The position numbers and the translations under genes are program-made. 64,000 nucleotides of DNA from the NCBI GenBank assembly GCA_050253415.1, contig JBFWJC010000002.1, positions 384,001 to 448,000 on the forward strand. The letters run 5' to 3'. Under the pieces are notes generated by a model that did no database searches, was not told the origin of the DNA, and saw nothing but the letters and a program-made list of their open reading frames with translations. Source of the DNA: Pedobacter sp. Lineage in GTDB: Bacteria; Desulfobacterota; Desulfuromonadia; Desulfuromonadales; Syntrophotaleaceae. This document shows, piece by piece, positions 9,869-20,468 of the stretch (its first letter is position 1; every line of letters starts with the position of its first letter).

Positions 9869-11275
9869 TTAAAAGAGGTTCTTGATATAAGCGAACAGGC
9901 CCGCCTCCTCGACCTTGTAATAGAGGATAATGCCGACCGCCACCGGTGCCACAAAGCGGATTAAAAAATGCCAGGTAGGATAGACCCAGGCGGAACCGCC
10001 GGCCAGCAACTCCTCCTTCTCCTCATGACCGCTCCAGAACCAGCCGACATACACGGCCGTGAGCAGGCCGCTGATGGGCAATAGGTAATTGGAGGCGATA
10101 AGGTCGATGGAATCGAAGACCCCCAGTTTTCCAATGGGGGTGAGATGGGTCAGCAGGTTGCTGGACAGGGCCGAGGGGATGCCGACGACAAACGCCAGTG
10201 CCGCCAGAACAGCGGTGGCGCGTTTGCGGTCCCAGCCCCGTTCGTCGATAAGGTAGGCGACCTGCGATTCGAGCAGCGAGATGGCGCTGGTCAAGGCGGC
10301 GAACGCCAAAAGCAAAAAGAACAGCAGGGCAAGTATGTTACCGCCTGGAAGACTGGAAAAAACCATCGGAATAGTTTTGAAAACCAGTCCCGGACCGGCT
10401 CCGGGTTGCATCCCGGCGGAAAACACGATAGGGAAAATGGCCAGTCCCGCCATGAGAGCGATGCCGGTATCGAGCAGTGCGATACGCAGACCGGCATCGA
10501 ACAGGTTCTCCTGCCGACTCAGGTAGGAGCCGTAGGTGATCATGGCTGCCATGCCGAGGGACAGGGTGAAGAAGGCATGCCCGAGTGCTTCCAGCACCGC
10601 GCCGGGGGTCAGTTTGCGGAAGTCGGGACGGAACATGAACTCAAGTCCTTGCCGGGCGCCATCGCTGAGCATGCCATTGATAAATAGCAGCACCAGCAAA
10701 CCAAGCAGTACAGGCATGAGGATCTTGCTCCAGCGTTCGATCCCCTTTTGCACACCGCCGATAACGATGCCCAGGCACAGCCCGATAAAGGTGAAATGCC
10801 ACAATACCTGGCGAAAGCCATTCTTTTCCAAACCCTCGAACATGGCATTGATCTGCGTGGCAATGTGCGAGGAGGCCGTGCCGGGAATGGCGGAGAAGGA
10901 GCCCGTCAGGGCACGAAACAGGTAGTCCAGGGTCCAGCCGGCGACCACCGAATAGTAGGACAGGATAACAAAGGCGGCAAGGATACTGACCCACCCCGCC
11001 AGTTGCCAGGGCGAGCGGCGGCCCTCCAGGCGTAAAAAGGCACCGACGGCGTCGCGCCGGGTATGTCTGCCTATCATCAGCTCCGCCATCATGATAGGCA
11101 GTCCGACCAGAGCAATGCAGACCAGGTAGACCAGCACGAAAGCGCCGCCACCGTTATTGCCGGTGATGTAGGGAAACTTCCAGATGTTACCGAGACCCAC
11201 GGCGCTGCCGGCGGCCGCCAGGATGAAGCCGAGGCGTGATCCCCACAGGGCACGGGGTTGGCTGGAATCTGACAT
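9869..11275 (-). CDS. Sodium-dependent transporter, NSS/SNF family
   Basis: GSAVGLGNIWKFPY..NGGGAF signature; AFFTLSLG. Confidence 0.95.
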   Translation of the reverse strand: MSDSSQPRALWGSRLGFILAAAGSAVGLGNIWKFPYITGNNGGGAFVLVYLVCIALVGLPIMMAELMIGRHTRRDAVGAFLRLEGRRSPWQLAGWVSILAAFVILSYYSVVAGWTLDYLFRALTGSFSAIPGTASSHIATQINAMFEGLEKNGFRQVLWHFTFIGLCLGIVIGGVQKGIERWSKILMPVLLGLLVLLFINGMLSDGARQGLEFMFRPDFRKLTPGAVLEALGHAFFTLSLGMAAMITYGSYLSRQENLFDAGLRIALLDTGIALMAGLAIFPIVFSAGMQPGAGPGLVFKTIPMVFSSLPGGNILALLFFLLLAFAALTSAISLLESQVAYLIDERGWDRKRATAVLAALAFVVGIPSALSSNLLTHLTPIGKLGVFDSIDLIASNYLLPISGLLTAVYVGWFWSGHEEKEELLAGGSAWVYPTWHFLIRFVAPVAVGIILYYKVEEAGLFAYIKNLF

Positions 11276-11284
11276 GCGGTTACC

Positions 11285-11971
11285 TCAATAGCGTGAACCG
11301 AAGATGGCGGAACCGACCCGCACCAGTGTGGCGCCTTCTTCGATGGCTGCTTCAAAGTCGTGGCTCATGCCCATGGACAACTCCCGCATTTCGACCCCCG
11401 CAAGCTGCAGTGCGGCTATGCTATCGGCAAGTTGGCGCAGGCGGCGGAAAAAAGGACGCACTTCCTCAGGATCATCCAGGTAAGGCGGCAGGGCCATCAG
11501 TCCGCGGATGCGCACGTGGGGCAGCTGTGCAACCTGGCGTACCAGATCCTGCAGGGCCGCCTCATCGGTACCCGATTTGCTCTCTTCTTCGCCGAGGTTG
11601 ACCTGAATCAGGATGTCTACGGGTTTGTCGAGCTTGCTCCATTGACGATCGATTTCCTTGGCCAGAGACAGCCGGTCGACGGAATGGATCATGGCCACTT
11701 TGCCGCGCAGGTACTTGACCTTGTTGGTCTGCAGGCTGCCGATAAAGTGCCACGTCACCGGGGTGGTGACTTCTTCGGTCTTGGCCACAAACTCCTGCAC
11801 GTAATTTTCGCCAAACAGGGTCTGGCCGCTTTCTGCTGCCTGGTCGATCATGGCGGCAGGCTTGGTTTTGGAGACTGCTACCAGCTGGACGTCGTCCGGG
11901 TTGCGGTTGGCACGCTTACAGGCAGCGTCTATGCGCTCATGGATGTTTTGCAGGTTTGTCTGGATACTCAT
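11285..11971 (-). CDS. yggS: PLP homeostasis protein YggS/PROSC
   Basis: LVAVSKT, FGENYVQE, WHFIGSLQTNK, LSMGMSHD and VRVGSAIFG motifs. Confidence 0.95.
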   Translation of the reverse strand: MSIQTNLQNIHERIDAACKRANRNPDDVQLVAVSKTKPAAMIDQAAESGQTLFGENYVQEFVAKTEEVTTPVTWHFIGSLQTNKVKYLRGKVAMIHSVDRLSLAKEIDRQWSKLDKPVDILIQVNLGEEESKSGTDEAALQDLVRQVAQLPHVRIRGLMALPPYLDDPEEVRPFFRRLRQLADSIAALQLAGVEMRELSMGMSHDFEAAIEEGATLVRVGSAIFGSRY

Positions 11972-12001
11972 GGCGGATCCTTCCGGTGACCGGCATGCGG
12001 G

Positions 12002-12664
12002 TCAAGATGGGGATTCCAAGTGGGCGGAGCGAGGCAACTCGGTCTCGAACAGGCGCACGGCGCCTAACCTCTCCAGGGTCTCGACCACCTCGCACAGTGG
12101 CAAACCGACAACGTTGGTGTAGCTGCCTTCAATTGCGGGAATCATGAAAGCACCTACCCCCTGGATGGCATACGCACCGGCCTTGCCGAACGGCTCGCCG
12201 GTGGCAATGTACCCCTGAATCTCCCGCTCTGTCAACTCCCGGAACCGTACCGCGGTCGTGACGGCCTGCGCCACTTCCTGTCCGGTTGCCCGGTCGATAA
12301 CGGCGTAGCCGGAAATGACGTTATGACTGCGGCCGGAAAGCGAACGCAGCATGGCAGCGGCATCGGCGGCATCGGTCGGTTTACCGAGGATGGTTGCGTC
12401 GCGCACCACCACCGTGTCGCTGCCGATGAACCAGCGCCCCGCAATCTCGGGGCGACGTGCCACCTCGCGTGCCTTGAGCAGGCTCAGGCGCGTGACGTGT
12501 TGCTGAGGGGTCTCCTGCGGCAATACCTCTTCCGGCGCGTCGCTGGGGATAACGGTAAATGAGATGCCGACTCCGGCCAGCAACTGGCTGCGACGCGGCG
12601 AGGCGGAAGCCAGCACGATGCCATTGTCCGTGGGGGCGGAATAAAAGAGAGGTTCAGTCTTCAT
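12002..12664 (-). CDS. maf: Maf-family nucleoside triphosphate pyrophosphatase
   Basis: [24 protein letters not shown] and NVVGLP motifs. Confidence 0.95.
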   Translation of the reverse strand: MKTEPLFYSAPTDNGIVLASASPRRSQLLAGVGISFTVIPSDAPEEVLPQETPQQHVTRLSLLKAREVARRPEIAGRWFIGSDTVVVRDATILGKPTDAADAAAMLRSLSGRSHNVISGYAVIDRATGQEVAQAVTTAVRFRELTEREIQGYIATGEPFGKAGAYAIQGVGAFMIPAIEGSYTNVVGLPLCEVVETLERLGAVRLFETELPRSAHLESPS

Positions 12665-14033
12665 GGGGCTCTTCCTGGGGCAAGGGGCTGATAGCTGGGA
12701 GATGAGGCAATACCTGCTGCCGCCACGGTTCCAGATCGGTCAAGGCACGTTCGGCCATGGCCAGTCGTCGGTCAGCCCGCTTGCGCTTGCGTCCCTCCAG
12801 GGGCGGGAATAAGCCATAGTTGACATTCATCGGCTGAAAATCATCGGGGCTGGATAAAGACAGATGACCGAGCAGGGCGCCGAGGGCCGTGGTTACCGGC
12901 GGGAGAGCGACTGGTCGGTTCTGCAGTTGTCCCGCCGCGAACAGTCCAGCCAAAAAGCCGCAGGCGGCCGATTCGACATAACCTTCCACCCCGGTGATCT
13001 GCCCGGCAAAAAACAGCCGGTCATCGGTCTTCAGGCGCAAGTGGCTGTCCAGACAGCTCGGAGCGTTGATGAAGGTATTGCGATGCATGCTGCCGAGGCG
13101 TTCGAAGTTGGCGTTCTGCAGGCCGGGGATGGTGCGGAAAATGCGACGCTGCTCCGGGTAGGTTAACTTGGTCTGGAACCCGACCATGTTGAACAGGGTG
13201 GCGTGCCGGTTGTCCTGGCGCAGTTGTACCACGGCAAAAGCTTCGCGACCGGTGCGCGGATCGGGCAACCCCACCGGTTTCATGGGGCCGAAGGCAAGGG
13301 TCAGATCGCCGCGTTCCGCCATTTCTTCCACAGGCATGCAGCCTTCGAAGTGCACGACTTTTTCAAATTCTTTTCCCGGAACCTTTTCCGCAGATTTGAG
13401 GGCCTCGATGAAGTCAAAGTATTCCTCGCGCGACAACGGACAGTTGATGTAATCATCCCCGCCGCGCCCGTAACGGGAGGCTTTCCAGGCGATGCTGTAG
13501 TCGATGCTGTCGGCTTCGATTATAGGGGCGATAGCATCGTAAAAGTAGAGATGTTCACTGCCGGTCAGTCGGGCGATCTCCGCAGCGAGGGCATCCGAGG
13601 TCAGCGGACCGGTGGCGATGATGACCGTGCCTTCGGGCGGGATGCTGACTTGCTCGGCGCGTTGCAGGGTGATGAGGGGATGACGGTTGATGCGTTCGGT
13701 GATGGTGCAGGAAAAAGCGTCCCGGTCGACGGCCAGAGCACCGCCCGCAGGCACTGCGGTGGCATCGGCAGCCTGCATGAAAAGGGTCGCGCAGCGCCGC
13801 AATTCTTCTTTGAGGCAACCGACCGCATTGTTCATCCCTGCGCCGCGCAAACTGTTGGAGCAGACCAGTTCGGCCAGATCCGGATTGTGGTGCGCGGGGG
13901 AAAAGGTATGCGGTTTCATCTCCAGCAGGGTCACCTGCAGACCTTGTTCGGCAGCCTGCCAGGCAGCCTCGCAGCCGGCCAGACCGGCCCCGATGATAGT
14001 AAGGGTGGGTGACGTTTGATTTGTATGGCTCAT
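12654..14033 (-). CDS. trmFO: FAD/folate-dependent tRNA m5U54 methyltransferase
   Basis: [28 protein letters not shown] and GQITGVEGY motifs. Confidence 0.97.
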   Translation of the reverse strand: MSHTNQTSPTLTIIGAGLAGCEAAWQAAEQGLQVTLLEMKPHTFSPAHHNPDLAELVCSNSLRGAGMNNAVGCLKEELRRCATLFMQAADATAVPAGGALAVDRDAFSCTITERINRHPLITLQRAEQVSIPPEGTVIIATGPLTSDALAAEIARLTGSEHLYFYDAIAPIIEADSIDYSIAWKASRYGRGGDDYINCPLSREEYFDFIEALKSAEKVPGKEFEKVVHFEGCMPVEEMAERGDLTLAFGPMKPVGLPDPRTGREAFAVVQLRQDNRHATLFNMVGFQTKLTYPEQRRIFRTIPGLQNANFERLGSMHRNTFINAPSCLDSHLRLKTDDRLFFAGQITGVEGYVESAACGFLAGLFAAGQLQNRPVALPPVTTALGALLGHLSLSSPDDFQPMNVNYGLFPPLEGRKRKRADRRLAMAERALTDLEPWRQQVLPHLPAISPLPQEEPHED

Positions 14034-14074
14034 AGTCGTCTCGCGGCGCCTTTTGCAGGGGCGCCAATAATGCA

Positions 14075-14102
14075 GAAACGACCGGGCCGCAAAGCCCGGT
14101 CG
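14075..14102 (-). terminator. Putative intrinsic terminator after topA
   Basis: Minus strand reads cgaccgggc-tttgcg-gcccggtcg followed by tttc. Confidence 0.55.
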
Positions 14103-14133
14103 CTCGTAAGAATCGATGTGAAAAGCAACGGCA

Positions 14134-16656
14134 CTATTTGTCGTCGTCGGACTTCGCAGCTTTTTTGGCCGGGGCTTTTTTCGTTGCCGTCTTTTTGGTT
14201 ACGGCCTTTTTGGCGTCAGGCTTTTCAGCCTCTGCCTTTTTGGTGGTCTTTTTGGCTGTAGCCGGTTTTGCGGCCGTGGTTTTCTTTGTCGCGGTTTTCT
14301 TTTCCGCGGTTTTCTTTTCCGCGGTTTTAGCCGCGGCTTTTTTGGGGGCTGCCTTGGCCTTGGGGGCAGCTTTGACTTTCGGTTCCGGTGGAATCAACAC
14401 TTCGGTCCAGTCGCATGTCTCCTGGGGGCACTTGCGGAAGGTACCCTGGCGCTTGGTGACTTTTTCCACCACCAGCGGGAATTTGCACTTAGGACAAGGT
14501 TCCTCAATAGGCAGATCCCATAGGGCATATTTGCATTGCGGATAGCGGTTGCAGGAATAGAAAATCTTGCCGTAGCGGCTTTTCTTTTCCATCAACTCCC
14601 CTTCGCCGCACTGGGGACAGGTAATGCCGAGGGACTTGGGCTTGACCAGAGGTTGAATATTCTTGCACGCAGGATAGGCCGAACATGCCAGGAACTTGCC
14701 ATAGCGGCCTTCCTTGATAAGCATGGGGGCGCTGCATTTGTCGCATGTCTGATCCGACATGACCGGTTCTTCACGCTCGCCGCCATTCAGAGGTTCCGTA
14801 TAGCGGCATTCGGGGAATCCGGAACAGGCCAGAAACCGTCCTGCTCTGCCGAGTTTAATAACCAGCGGTTTGCTGCACTCGGGGCAGGTGCGGTCGGTCT
14901 TCTCGGTGGTCACATCCTGCTTGGAAATCTGGGTTTCCTTTTCTTTAAGCAGGGAGATGAACGGTCCCCAGAAATCGTGCAGAACCGGTTGCCATTCCCG
15001 TTCGCCGCGTGAGATGGCGTCAAGATCTTCTTCCATCTGGGCGGTGAAATCGTAATCGACGTACTTGTTGAAATGGTTGACCAGCAGATCGTTGACCACC
15101 ATCCCCACATCCTCGGTATAAAACGCACGTTTTTCAAGGCGCACGTATTTACGGGTCACCAACGTGTTGAGTGTTGAGGCATAGGTCGAGGGGCGGCCGA
15201 TGCCGTGCTCTTCGAGGGTTTTTACGAGACTGGCCTCGGTATAACGTGGCGGCGGTTGGGTAAAGTGCTGGGAAGGCAGCACTTCGCGGCAATCGAGGGG
15301 TTGTTCCTTGTCCAGCGCCGGCAGGGTGCTTTCCCCCTGATTGTCCTGATCTTCAGGGTTGTCGATATCCTCGATATACAGCTTCATGAAGCCGGGGAAT
15401 CGAACCACCTGGCCGGAAGCCCTGAATATGAAGCGTTCCCCGGCACCGATGTCGACGGTGGTGGCATCCAGAATAGCCGAAGCCATCTGTGAGGCCACGG
15501 TACGCTGCCAGATAAGCCGGTACATTTTGTACTGGTCGGAGCTTAAGTGAGGTTTGATCTTGTCCGGCAGGTTGGCCAATGACGTGGGGCGCACGGCTTC
15601 GTGAGCCTCTTGGGCGTTTTTGGCTTTGTTTTTGAAAACGCGCGGTTGGCTCAGAGCGTAATCCTCGCCGTACATACGGGTGATGACTTCGCGAGCTTCA
15701 TCGGTTGCAACCTGCGACAGGGCCACCGAGTCGGTACGCATATAAGTGATAAGACCCTCGAGCCCATTGCCGACGTCAATCCCTTCATAGAGTTTTTGCG
15801 CCACCGTCATGGTCTTGCGGGCGGAAAATCCGAGTTTTCGGCTGGCTTCCTGTTGCAAGGTACTGGTGGTGAAAGGAGCGGCAGGGTTGCGCTTTTTGGA
15901 GGTCTGCTTGAGGTTGTTTACCTGGAACGACTGGCTGGCGATGGCATCGACCAGTTCCTGCGCCTGGGCCTGCTGGGCGATGTCGAATTTATCGAGGGGT
16001 TGGCCATCGACGGCGTGCAGTCGGGCCTGAAAAACCGCGCCCTGTTCGGTGCCCATTTGGGCTTCGATGGTCCAGTACTCGCGCGGTTCGAAAGCCTGAA
16101 TCGCTTTTTCCCGTTCGCAGATCAGACGCAGAGCTACAGATTGCACACGCCCGGCGGACAATCCGTAGCGGATCTTCTTCCATAGAAACGGCGACAGGTT
16201 GAACCCGACCAGGTAGTCGAGCACCGAGCGGGCTTGCTGGGCATCGACCAGTTCGCGAGAAATATGCCCGGGGTGAGCGACCGCTTCCTGGATGGCGTTT
16301 TTGGTTATTTCATGAAATGTAACCCGTTTGACGATCGGGGTCTTGGCATTTTCGGGAATTTCCAGAGCTTCCAGCAAATGCCAGGCGATCGCTTCTCCCT
16401 CGCGGTCGGGGTCAGTGGCCAGAATCAGTTCGCGGCTTTTTTTGACCTCTTTTTTTAGAAGCTCTATGTGCTTCTGGCTTTCCGGGAGGATATGGTACAG
16501 GGGGGCAAAATCATGGTCCACGTCGACGGAACCTTGCTTGCTCGGCAGGGCTCGCACGTGACCGTAGGAAGCCAGGACCTTATAGCCCGGGCCGAGAAAT
16601 TTTTCGATGGTTTTCGCCTTGGCAGGCGATTCGACTATTACCAGGGATTGTGCCAT
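14134..16656 (-). CDS. topA: DNA topoisomerase I with C4 zinc ribbons and Lys/Ala-rich tail
   Basis: [45 protein letters not shown]-terminal Cys-paired ribbons then AKK/TKK repeats. Confidence 0.98.
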   Translation of the reverse strand: MAQSLVIVESPAKAKTIEKFLGPGYKVLASYGHVRALPSKQGSVDVDHDFAPLYHILPESQKHIELLKKEVKKSRELILATDPDREGEAIAWHLLEALEIPENAKTPIVKRVTFHEITKNAIQEAVAHPGHISRELVDAQQARSVLDYLVGFNLSPFLWKKIRYGLSAGRVQSVALRLICEREKAIQAFEPREYWTIEAQMGTEQGAVFQARLHAVDGQPLDKFDIAQQAQAQELVDAIASQSFQVNNLKQTSKKRNPAAPFTTSTLQQEASRKLGFSARKTMTVAQKLYEGIDVGNGLEGLITYMRTDSVALSQVATDEAREVITRMYGEDYALSQPRVFKNKAKNAQEAHEAVRPTSLANLPDKIKPHLSSDQYKMYRLIWQRTVASQMASAILDATTVDIGAGERFIFRASGQVVRFPGFMKLYIEDIDNPEDQDNQGESTLPALDKEQPLDCREVLPSQHFTQPPPRYTEASLVKTLEEHGIGRPSTYASTLNTLVTRKYVRLEKRAFYTEDVGMVVNDLLVNHFNKYVDYDFTAQMEEDLDAISRGEREWQPVLHDFWGPFISLLKEKETQISKQDVTTEKTDRTCPECSKPLVIKLGRAGRFLACSGFPECRYTEPLNGGEREEPVMSDQTCDKCSAPMLIKEGRYGKFLACSAYPACKNIQPLVKPKSLGITCPQCGEGELMEKKSRYGKIFYSCNRYPQCKYALWDLPIEEPCPKCKFPLVVEKVTKRQGTFRKCPQETCDWTEVLIPPEPKVKAAPKAKAAPKKAAAKTAEKKTAEKKTATKKTTAAKPATAKKTTKKAEAEKPDAKKAVTKKTATKKAPAKKAAKSDDDK

Positions 16657-16723
16657 GAATGCCTCGATTTGAAGGTCTGTCTATTGAGGAGGGCATGCAT
16701 CTTGTCCCCGTGCCAACCATGAA

Positions 16724-16751
16724 ACAAAAGGCTGCAGAGTATCCGCAGCCT
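16724..16751 (-). terminator. Putative terminator between smg and topA
   Basis: Minus strand aggctgcgga-tac-tctgcagcct followed by tttgttt. Confidence 0.45.
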
Positions 16752-16761
16752 AAAGATAGTT

Positions 16762-17247
16762 TCAGTGATAAAGCCGAGTCCAGTCATCATCCATGAAGCA
16801 ATCAACCTCGCGCATCCATTCGTGGTGCGAATGGGAGAAGAGGGTCAGCGCCGTCAGGGTTTTGATGTCCTTAAGGCTGACTTCGTCTTCATCGGTGTGC
16901 AAAGCTTTCTGGATGATTTCCTCCAGAATGTTTTCGTCAATGATGCCCATCTCGCGCACACGCATCAGGAAACCGCGCGCATCCCTCTCGATGGCCTGAC
17001 ATTCTTCGGATGTGAAAATGCGCTGACTTGGGATTGACAGGGATTGAGCGAGCTGGTCGGAATTTTGATGCAAGGACAGGTTTTCCATCCAGTGAAAAGC
17101 TGCATCGATCTCCTCAGACTCAAACCCTATTGCCAGCAATTCCTCGACGAGGTCGCCGTTTGCCGGCAGTTGACCATCTTCCATGATGTAATGGGCGATG
17201 ATGCTAACGATGGCCAAGACCCGTTCTTTCAGAGGGTTTCCGGTCAT
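16762..17247 (-). CDS. smg: Smg/DUF494-family protein
   Basis: LLAIGFESEEIDAAFHW..RIFTSEE..RGFL; canonical dprA-smg-topA position; GGAGG before ATG 17247. Confidence 0.8.
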   Translation of the reverse strand: MTGNPLKERVLAIVSIIAHYIMEDGQLPANGDLVEELLAIGFESEEIDAAFHWMENLSLHQNSDQLAQSLSIPSQRIFTSEECQAIERDARGFLMRVREMGIIDENILEEIIQKALHTDEDEVSLKDIKTLTALTLFSHSHHEWMREVDCFMDDDWTRLYH

Positions 17248-17261
17248 AAACCTCCATCTGC

Positions 17262-18362
17262 TCAGGAGCTCCGTTTGCGCACGAAGCGCATGCCGGGAAG
17301 CTGAATTGCTCCGTTGGCAAGTTCCAAGTGGAGTAAAATAGCGGAAACCTCCATGGGTGTCAAGCCGCATTTCCTGGCCAGTTCGTCGACATGCATGGGG
17401 GAGTCCTGAAGTTCTTGATAGACCCTTAGCTCTTGGCCTGAGAGTTGATTTTCGAGAGGGTCCTCCTCGGGAGACGGCCTGCTGTCCGCAAATCCGGGAC
17501 GTAGAACATCGAGAATGTCGGCACTTTCGGTAACCAGGTGGGCACCGTCCTTGAGGAGTTGGTTGGTGCCGCAACTCGCGGGGCTATAGGCGGGTCCAGG
17601 AATAGCGAATACTTCACGTCCCTGGTCGAGGGCGAATCCAGCGGTGATCAGAGACCCGCTTCGAACGGCCGCTTCCACAACCAGGACGCCTTGACACATA
17701 CCGCTTATGATGCGGTTACGGCCAGGAAAATGCCTGGCCAGAGGTGCGGTGTCAGGCGGGTATTCCGACAGGATAGCTCCGCCTCGGGCCGGAATGTCCT
17801 CAAACAGATGGGCATTGTCCCGGGGATAGATACGGTCGATGCCGCAGCCGAGAACTGCCACTGTTGCGCCGTTTGCGGCCAGAGCTCCTTCGTGGGCGGC
17901 GCGGTCAATCCCCCGTGCCAGACCGCTGACAATGGCAATGCCCTGGGCGGCAATCTGTCGACAAAGGGTGTGTGTGAGTTGTTGGCTTGCGGTGGAGGCT
18001 TGCCGCGCTCCTACCACAGCGAGCCCGGGATGGCGGGGCAGACGGCCCCTGACATAAAGCAGCGCAGGTGGGTCGTAGATGGCGCGGAGCAGCGCAGGGT
18101 AATTCTCCGCATCCCATAAAGAGACGATGCGGACCTCGAATCGCGCCAGGTTCTCCAGGGTTTCTAAAAATAGTGGAGAGTTCTCTCCGGGCAAAGCTTC
18201 GGCAACGGTACCGCGTATGTTTGCGCGCCTTTTCCACTCAACGGGGCCGGCATCAAGCGCCGCCTCGGGAGAGCCGAAAGCTTCCATTAAGCTAATGATG
18301 CTGGCTCGCCCGAGCCCAGGGGTAAGATGCAGTCGAAGCCAGGATTGTTCTGTGGGAGTCAT
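17262..18362 (-). CDS. dprA: DNA-processing protein DprA
   Basis: YDPPALLYVRG, VSGLARGID..AH, FPGRNRIISG and SGSLITA motifs; C-terminal winged helix. Confidence 0.95.
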   Translation of the reverse strand: MTPTEQSWLRLHLTPGLGRASIISLMEAFGSPEAALDAGPVEWKRRANIRGTVAEALPGENSPLFLETLENLARFEVRIVSLWDAENYPALLRAIYDPPALLYVRGRLPRHPGLAVVGARQASTASQQLTHTLCRQIAAQGIAIVSGLARGIDRAAHEGALAANGATVAVLGCGIDRIYPRDNAHLFEDIPARGGAILSEYPPDTAPLARHFPGRNRIISGMCQGVLVVEAAVRSGSLITAGFALDQGREVFAIPGPAYSPASCGTNQLLKDGAHLVTESADILDVLRPGFADSRPSPEEDPLENQLSGQELRVYQELQDSPMHVDELARKCGLTPMEVSAILLHLELANGAIQLPGMRFVRKRSS

Positions 18363-18384
18363 GGTCGGTTCATCCTGCGCCAAG

Positions 18385-18418
18385 AAAAAAAGGATTGAAT
18401 GACTTCAATCCTTTTTTT
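18385..18418. terminator. Symmetric intrinsic terminator after the LysM gene
   Basis: aaaaaaaggattgaa-tgac-ttcaatccttttttt. Confidence 0.8.
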
Positions 18419-18443
18419 GTTCCGTTGGGTGGGGAGGTCCTCT

Positions 18444-19448
18444 TTATTGATCCACCGTACAAACCTGATCGCCGGTATAGATGGGGCTAACCGATTTCAG
18501 TATCAGTGCTGCCGAAGTTTGAGGCTGGGAACTCAAAATCACGGCGGCTCCAAGCAGTTCGTCGGGTAAATCGACCCGATGGCCCGGCAGGGTGCGATGG
18601 GTTGTTTGACGCGGGCGCGTAATATAAACCATGTTGCCGGGTTCGAGACCGTCTTCAAAACCAAGATCAAGATAGACAACGTCGTGTTGGCTCAAGGCGA
18701 TTTTTTCCCGACTGTTGGCGACAACGTAGCCCATCAGCGGGGCGGCGGATTTTTTGAGAACGATTTCGCGGCTGGCCGGTTCTTTAGGGATCAATAGGGC
18801 GCCGCGGGTAATCTCTTTGGTTACCTGGCTGATAACGGCGGTAGCCACAGGAGGGTTGACAGCGGTGATCCGGGCTTCGCCAAGATGGCTTATCCGGTGG
18901 CCGAGAACTTCCTTGCTGACGGGATGGGTGACTTTTTCGCCCACCTCGACCAGGGTATAGATATCCCCGGGTTGCAGGTTGGGGTCTTCGGTTTTTACAA
19001 ATATCTGGTCCTGGTAACTTAACAGGATACGGTCATCGGTGGCATCGACCAGGGTTCCGGCGCTCTCAATTTCGTCCAGAGTGACAAAGCCTTCGCTTCC
19101 CGCCATGCCTTTGACGGTGATTTCTTCAACCGGTTCGATGGGCATGCTGTCCATCGGGCTGTCAACAGGTTGCATTGCGGCTGCTTCAGCCTCACCCGGC
19201 AGGAGTACCAGTCTGCCATCGCGAATAGCGACTTTCTGTCCGGGGTAGATGAAGTGGGGGTTGGTAATAAAGGGGTTGTTGGCCCAAAGGTTAGGCCAGT
19301 AATAGGGGTCTTTGATGAATTTTTCCGAGACGCCCCACAGCGTATCGCCTTTTTTGATGGTGTAAATCTGCTCCGGCGTTTGCGCTGTGGCTGCAAGCGG
19401 AAACAGCAGCACACACATAACTATCAGTGCTTTGCAGATGGTCTTCAT
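18444..19448 (-). CDS. Exported LysM peptidoglycan-binding protein
   Basis: Signal peptide; YTIKKGDTLWGVS..W..NP.I.NPHFIYPGQ LysM motif; typical neighbour of dprA. Confidence 0.9.
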   Translation of the reverse strand: MKTICKALIVMCVLLFPLAATAQTPEQIYTIKKGDTLWGVSEKFIKDPYYWPNLWANNPFITNPHFIYPGQKVAIRDGRLVLLPGEAEAAAMQPVDSPMDSMPIEPVEEITVKGMAGSEGFVTLDEIESAGTLVDATDDRILLSYQDQIFVKTEDPNLQPGDIYTLVEVGEKVTHPVSKEVLGHRISHLGEARITAVNPPVATAVISQVTKEITRGALLIPKEPASREIVLKKSAAPLMGYVVANSREKIALSQHDVVYLDLGFEDGLEPGNMVYITRPRQTTHRTLPGHRVDLPDELLGAAVILSSQPQTSAALILKSVSPIYTGDQVCTVDQ

Positions 19449-19528
19449 GGAATATCCCCCGTGAGATGGCAGTCAGGGGAAAACCGTCACAGTTCTCCGC
19501 CTGAGCGATTGATGACAAATCTGTGGTG

Positions 19529-20197
19529 TCAGGGCTCGACCAGGGCTTTACGGGCCGCAGCACTGTTCGGGTAGCGTTGCTGCAGCGTTTGCAGGACCTG
19601 CCGGGCTTTTTCGTATTGATTGAGCTGCCGCAATGCCGGTGCCATGCGCAGCAAGGCATCCGGTGCTTTGCCGCTGAGCGGGTAATTGTCGACAACTTTC
19701 TGGAATTCCTGAACCGATCGCGCGTGTTGACCAAGTTTGTAGTAGCATTCTCCGAGCCAAAACTGGGCGTTGCCTGCATAATTATTGGAAGGAAAATGAT
19801 TTAAGAAGGTTTCAAAGCCTTCGATAGATTGACTGTAGCGGCCAGAAGCGTAATCACCAAAAGCCTTGAGGTAGGTTTCGGTCGGAGAAACGGCTGACTG
19901 TTCGGCCTCGGTTGCAGGAGTCTGGCCTGTATAACCGGTGTTTTCCCCGATGGGGGTGACTTTTTGTGCCGCCAGGGCGGTTTGCAGAACACCAATTTGT
20001 TGTTGTTGCTTGGCCAGTTGTTGTTCCAGTCTGTCCAAGCGTAAATTGTGTTGTTCTATGAGGCGGTTTTGATTCTCTGCACTTGCCTGAAGCGAAGATA
20101 AACGCTCATCGGCCTGCGGCGCATGGCCGGGAGAGGTCATGGCGCAACCGGAAAAAAGGAAGATGGCAAGGGCTGAAAAAGCAAAAAGGCGAGTCAT
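19529..20197 (-). CDS. cpoB: Tol-Pal associated TPR protein CpoB/YbgF-like lipoprotein
   Basis: LFSGC lipobox, coiled coil, TPR motifs NAQFWLGECYY and KAPDALL..YPNS.AA. Confidence 0.85.
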   Translation of the reverse strand: MTRLFAFSALAIFLFSGCAMTSPGHAPQADERLSSLQASAENQNRLIEQHNLRLDRLEQQLAKQQQQIGVLQTALAAQKVTPIGENTGYTGQTPATEAEQSAVSPTETYLKAFGDYASGRYSQSIEGFETFLNHFPSNNYAGNAQFWLGECYYKLGQHARSVQEFQKVVDNYPLSGKAPDALLRMAPALRQLNQYEKARQVLQTLQQRYPNSAAARKALVEP

Positions 20198-20266
20198 GGC
20201 AACATCCCCGGCTTGCGGAAAACCCGGAAGCCAAAAAAGAACACGGTAATGTGAAAATTTGCTAAA

Positions 20267-20295
20267 AAAGTATAGGCTTTTTAACACCTTGTCAA
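20267..20295 (-). promoter_or_regulatory. Putative sigma70 promoter for cpoB-lysM
   Basis: Minus strand TTGACA-17 bp-TACTTT about 70 bp before the start codon. Confidence 0.55.
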
Positions 20296-20468
20296 GCGGA
20301 AAGGTTTTCCTGACGGGGGAGAAGCTGTTTCGCAGAGAGGCTGTTTCATGTTAATGTCGATTGGTTTGACGTGAAGCAGGAAATCGAAATTTTTACCCGA
20401 TCGCGTTTATGCATTAAACTCGACAACTAATGAATTGCCCTGAAACGTGATGCTGCTCTGGAGTTGCC

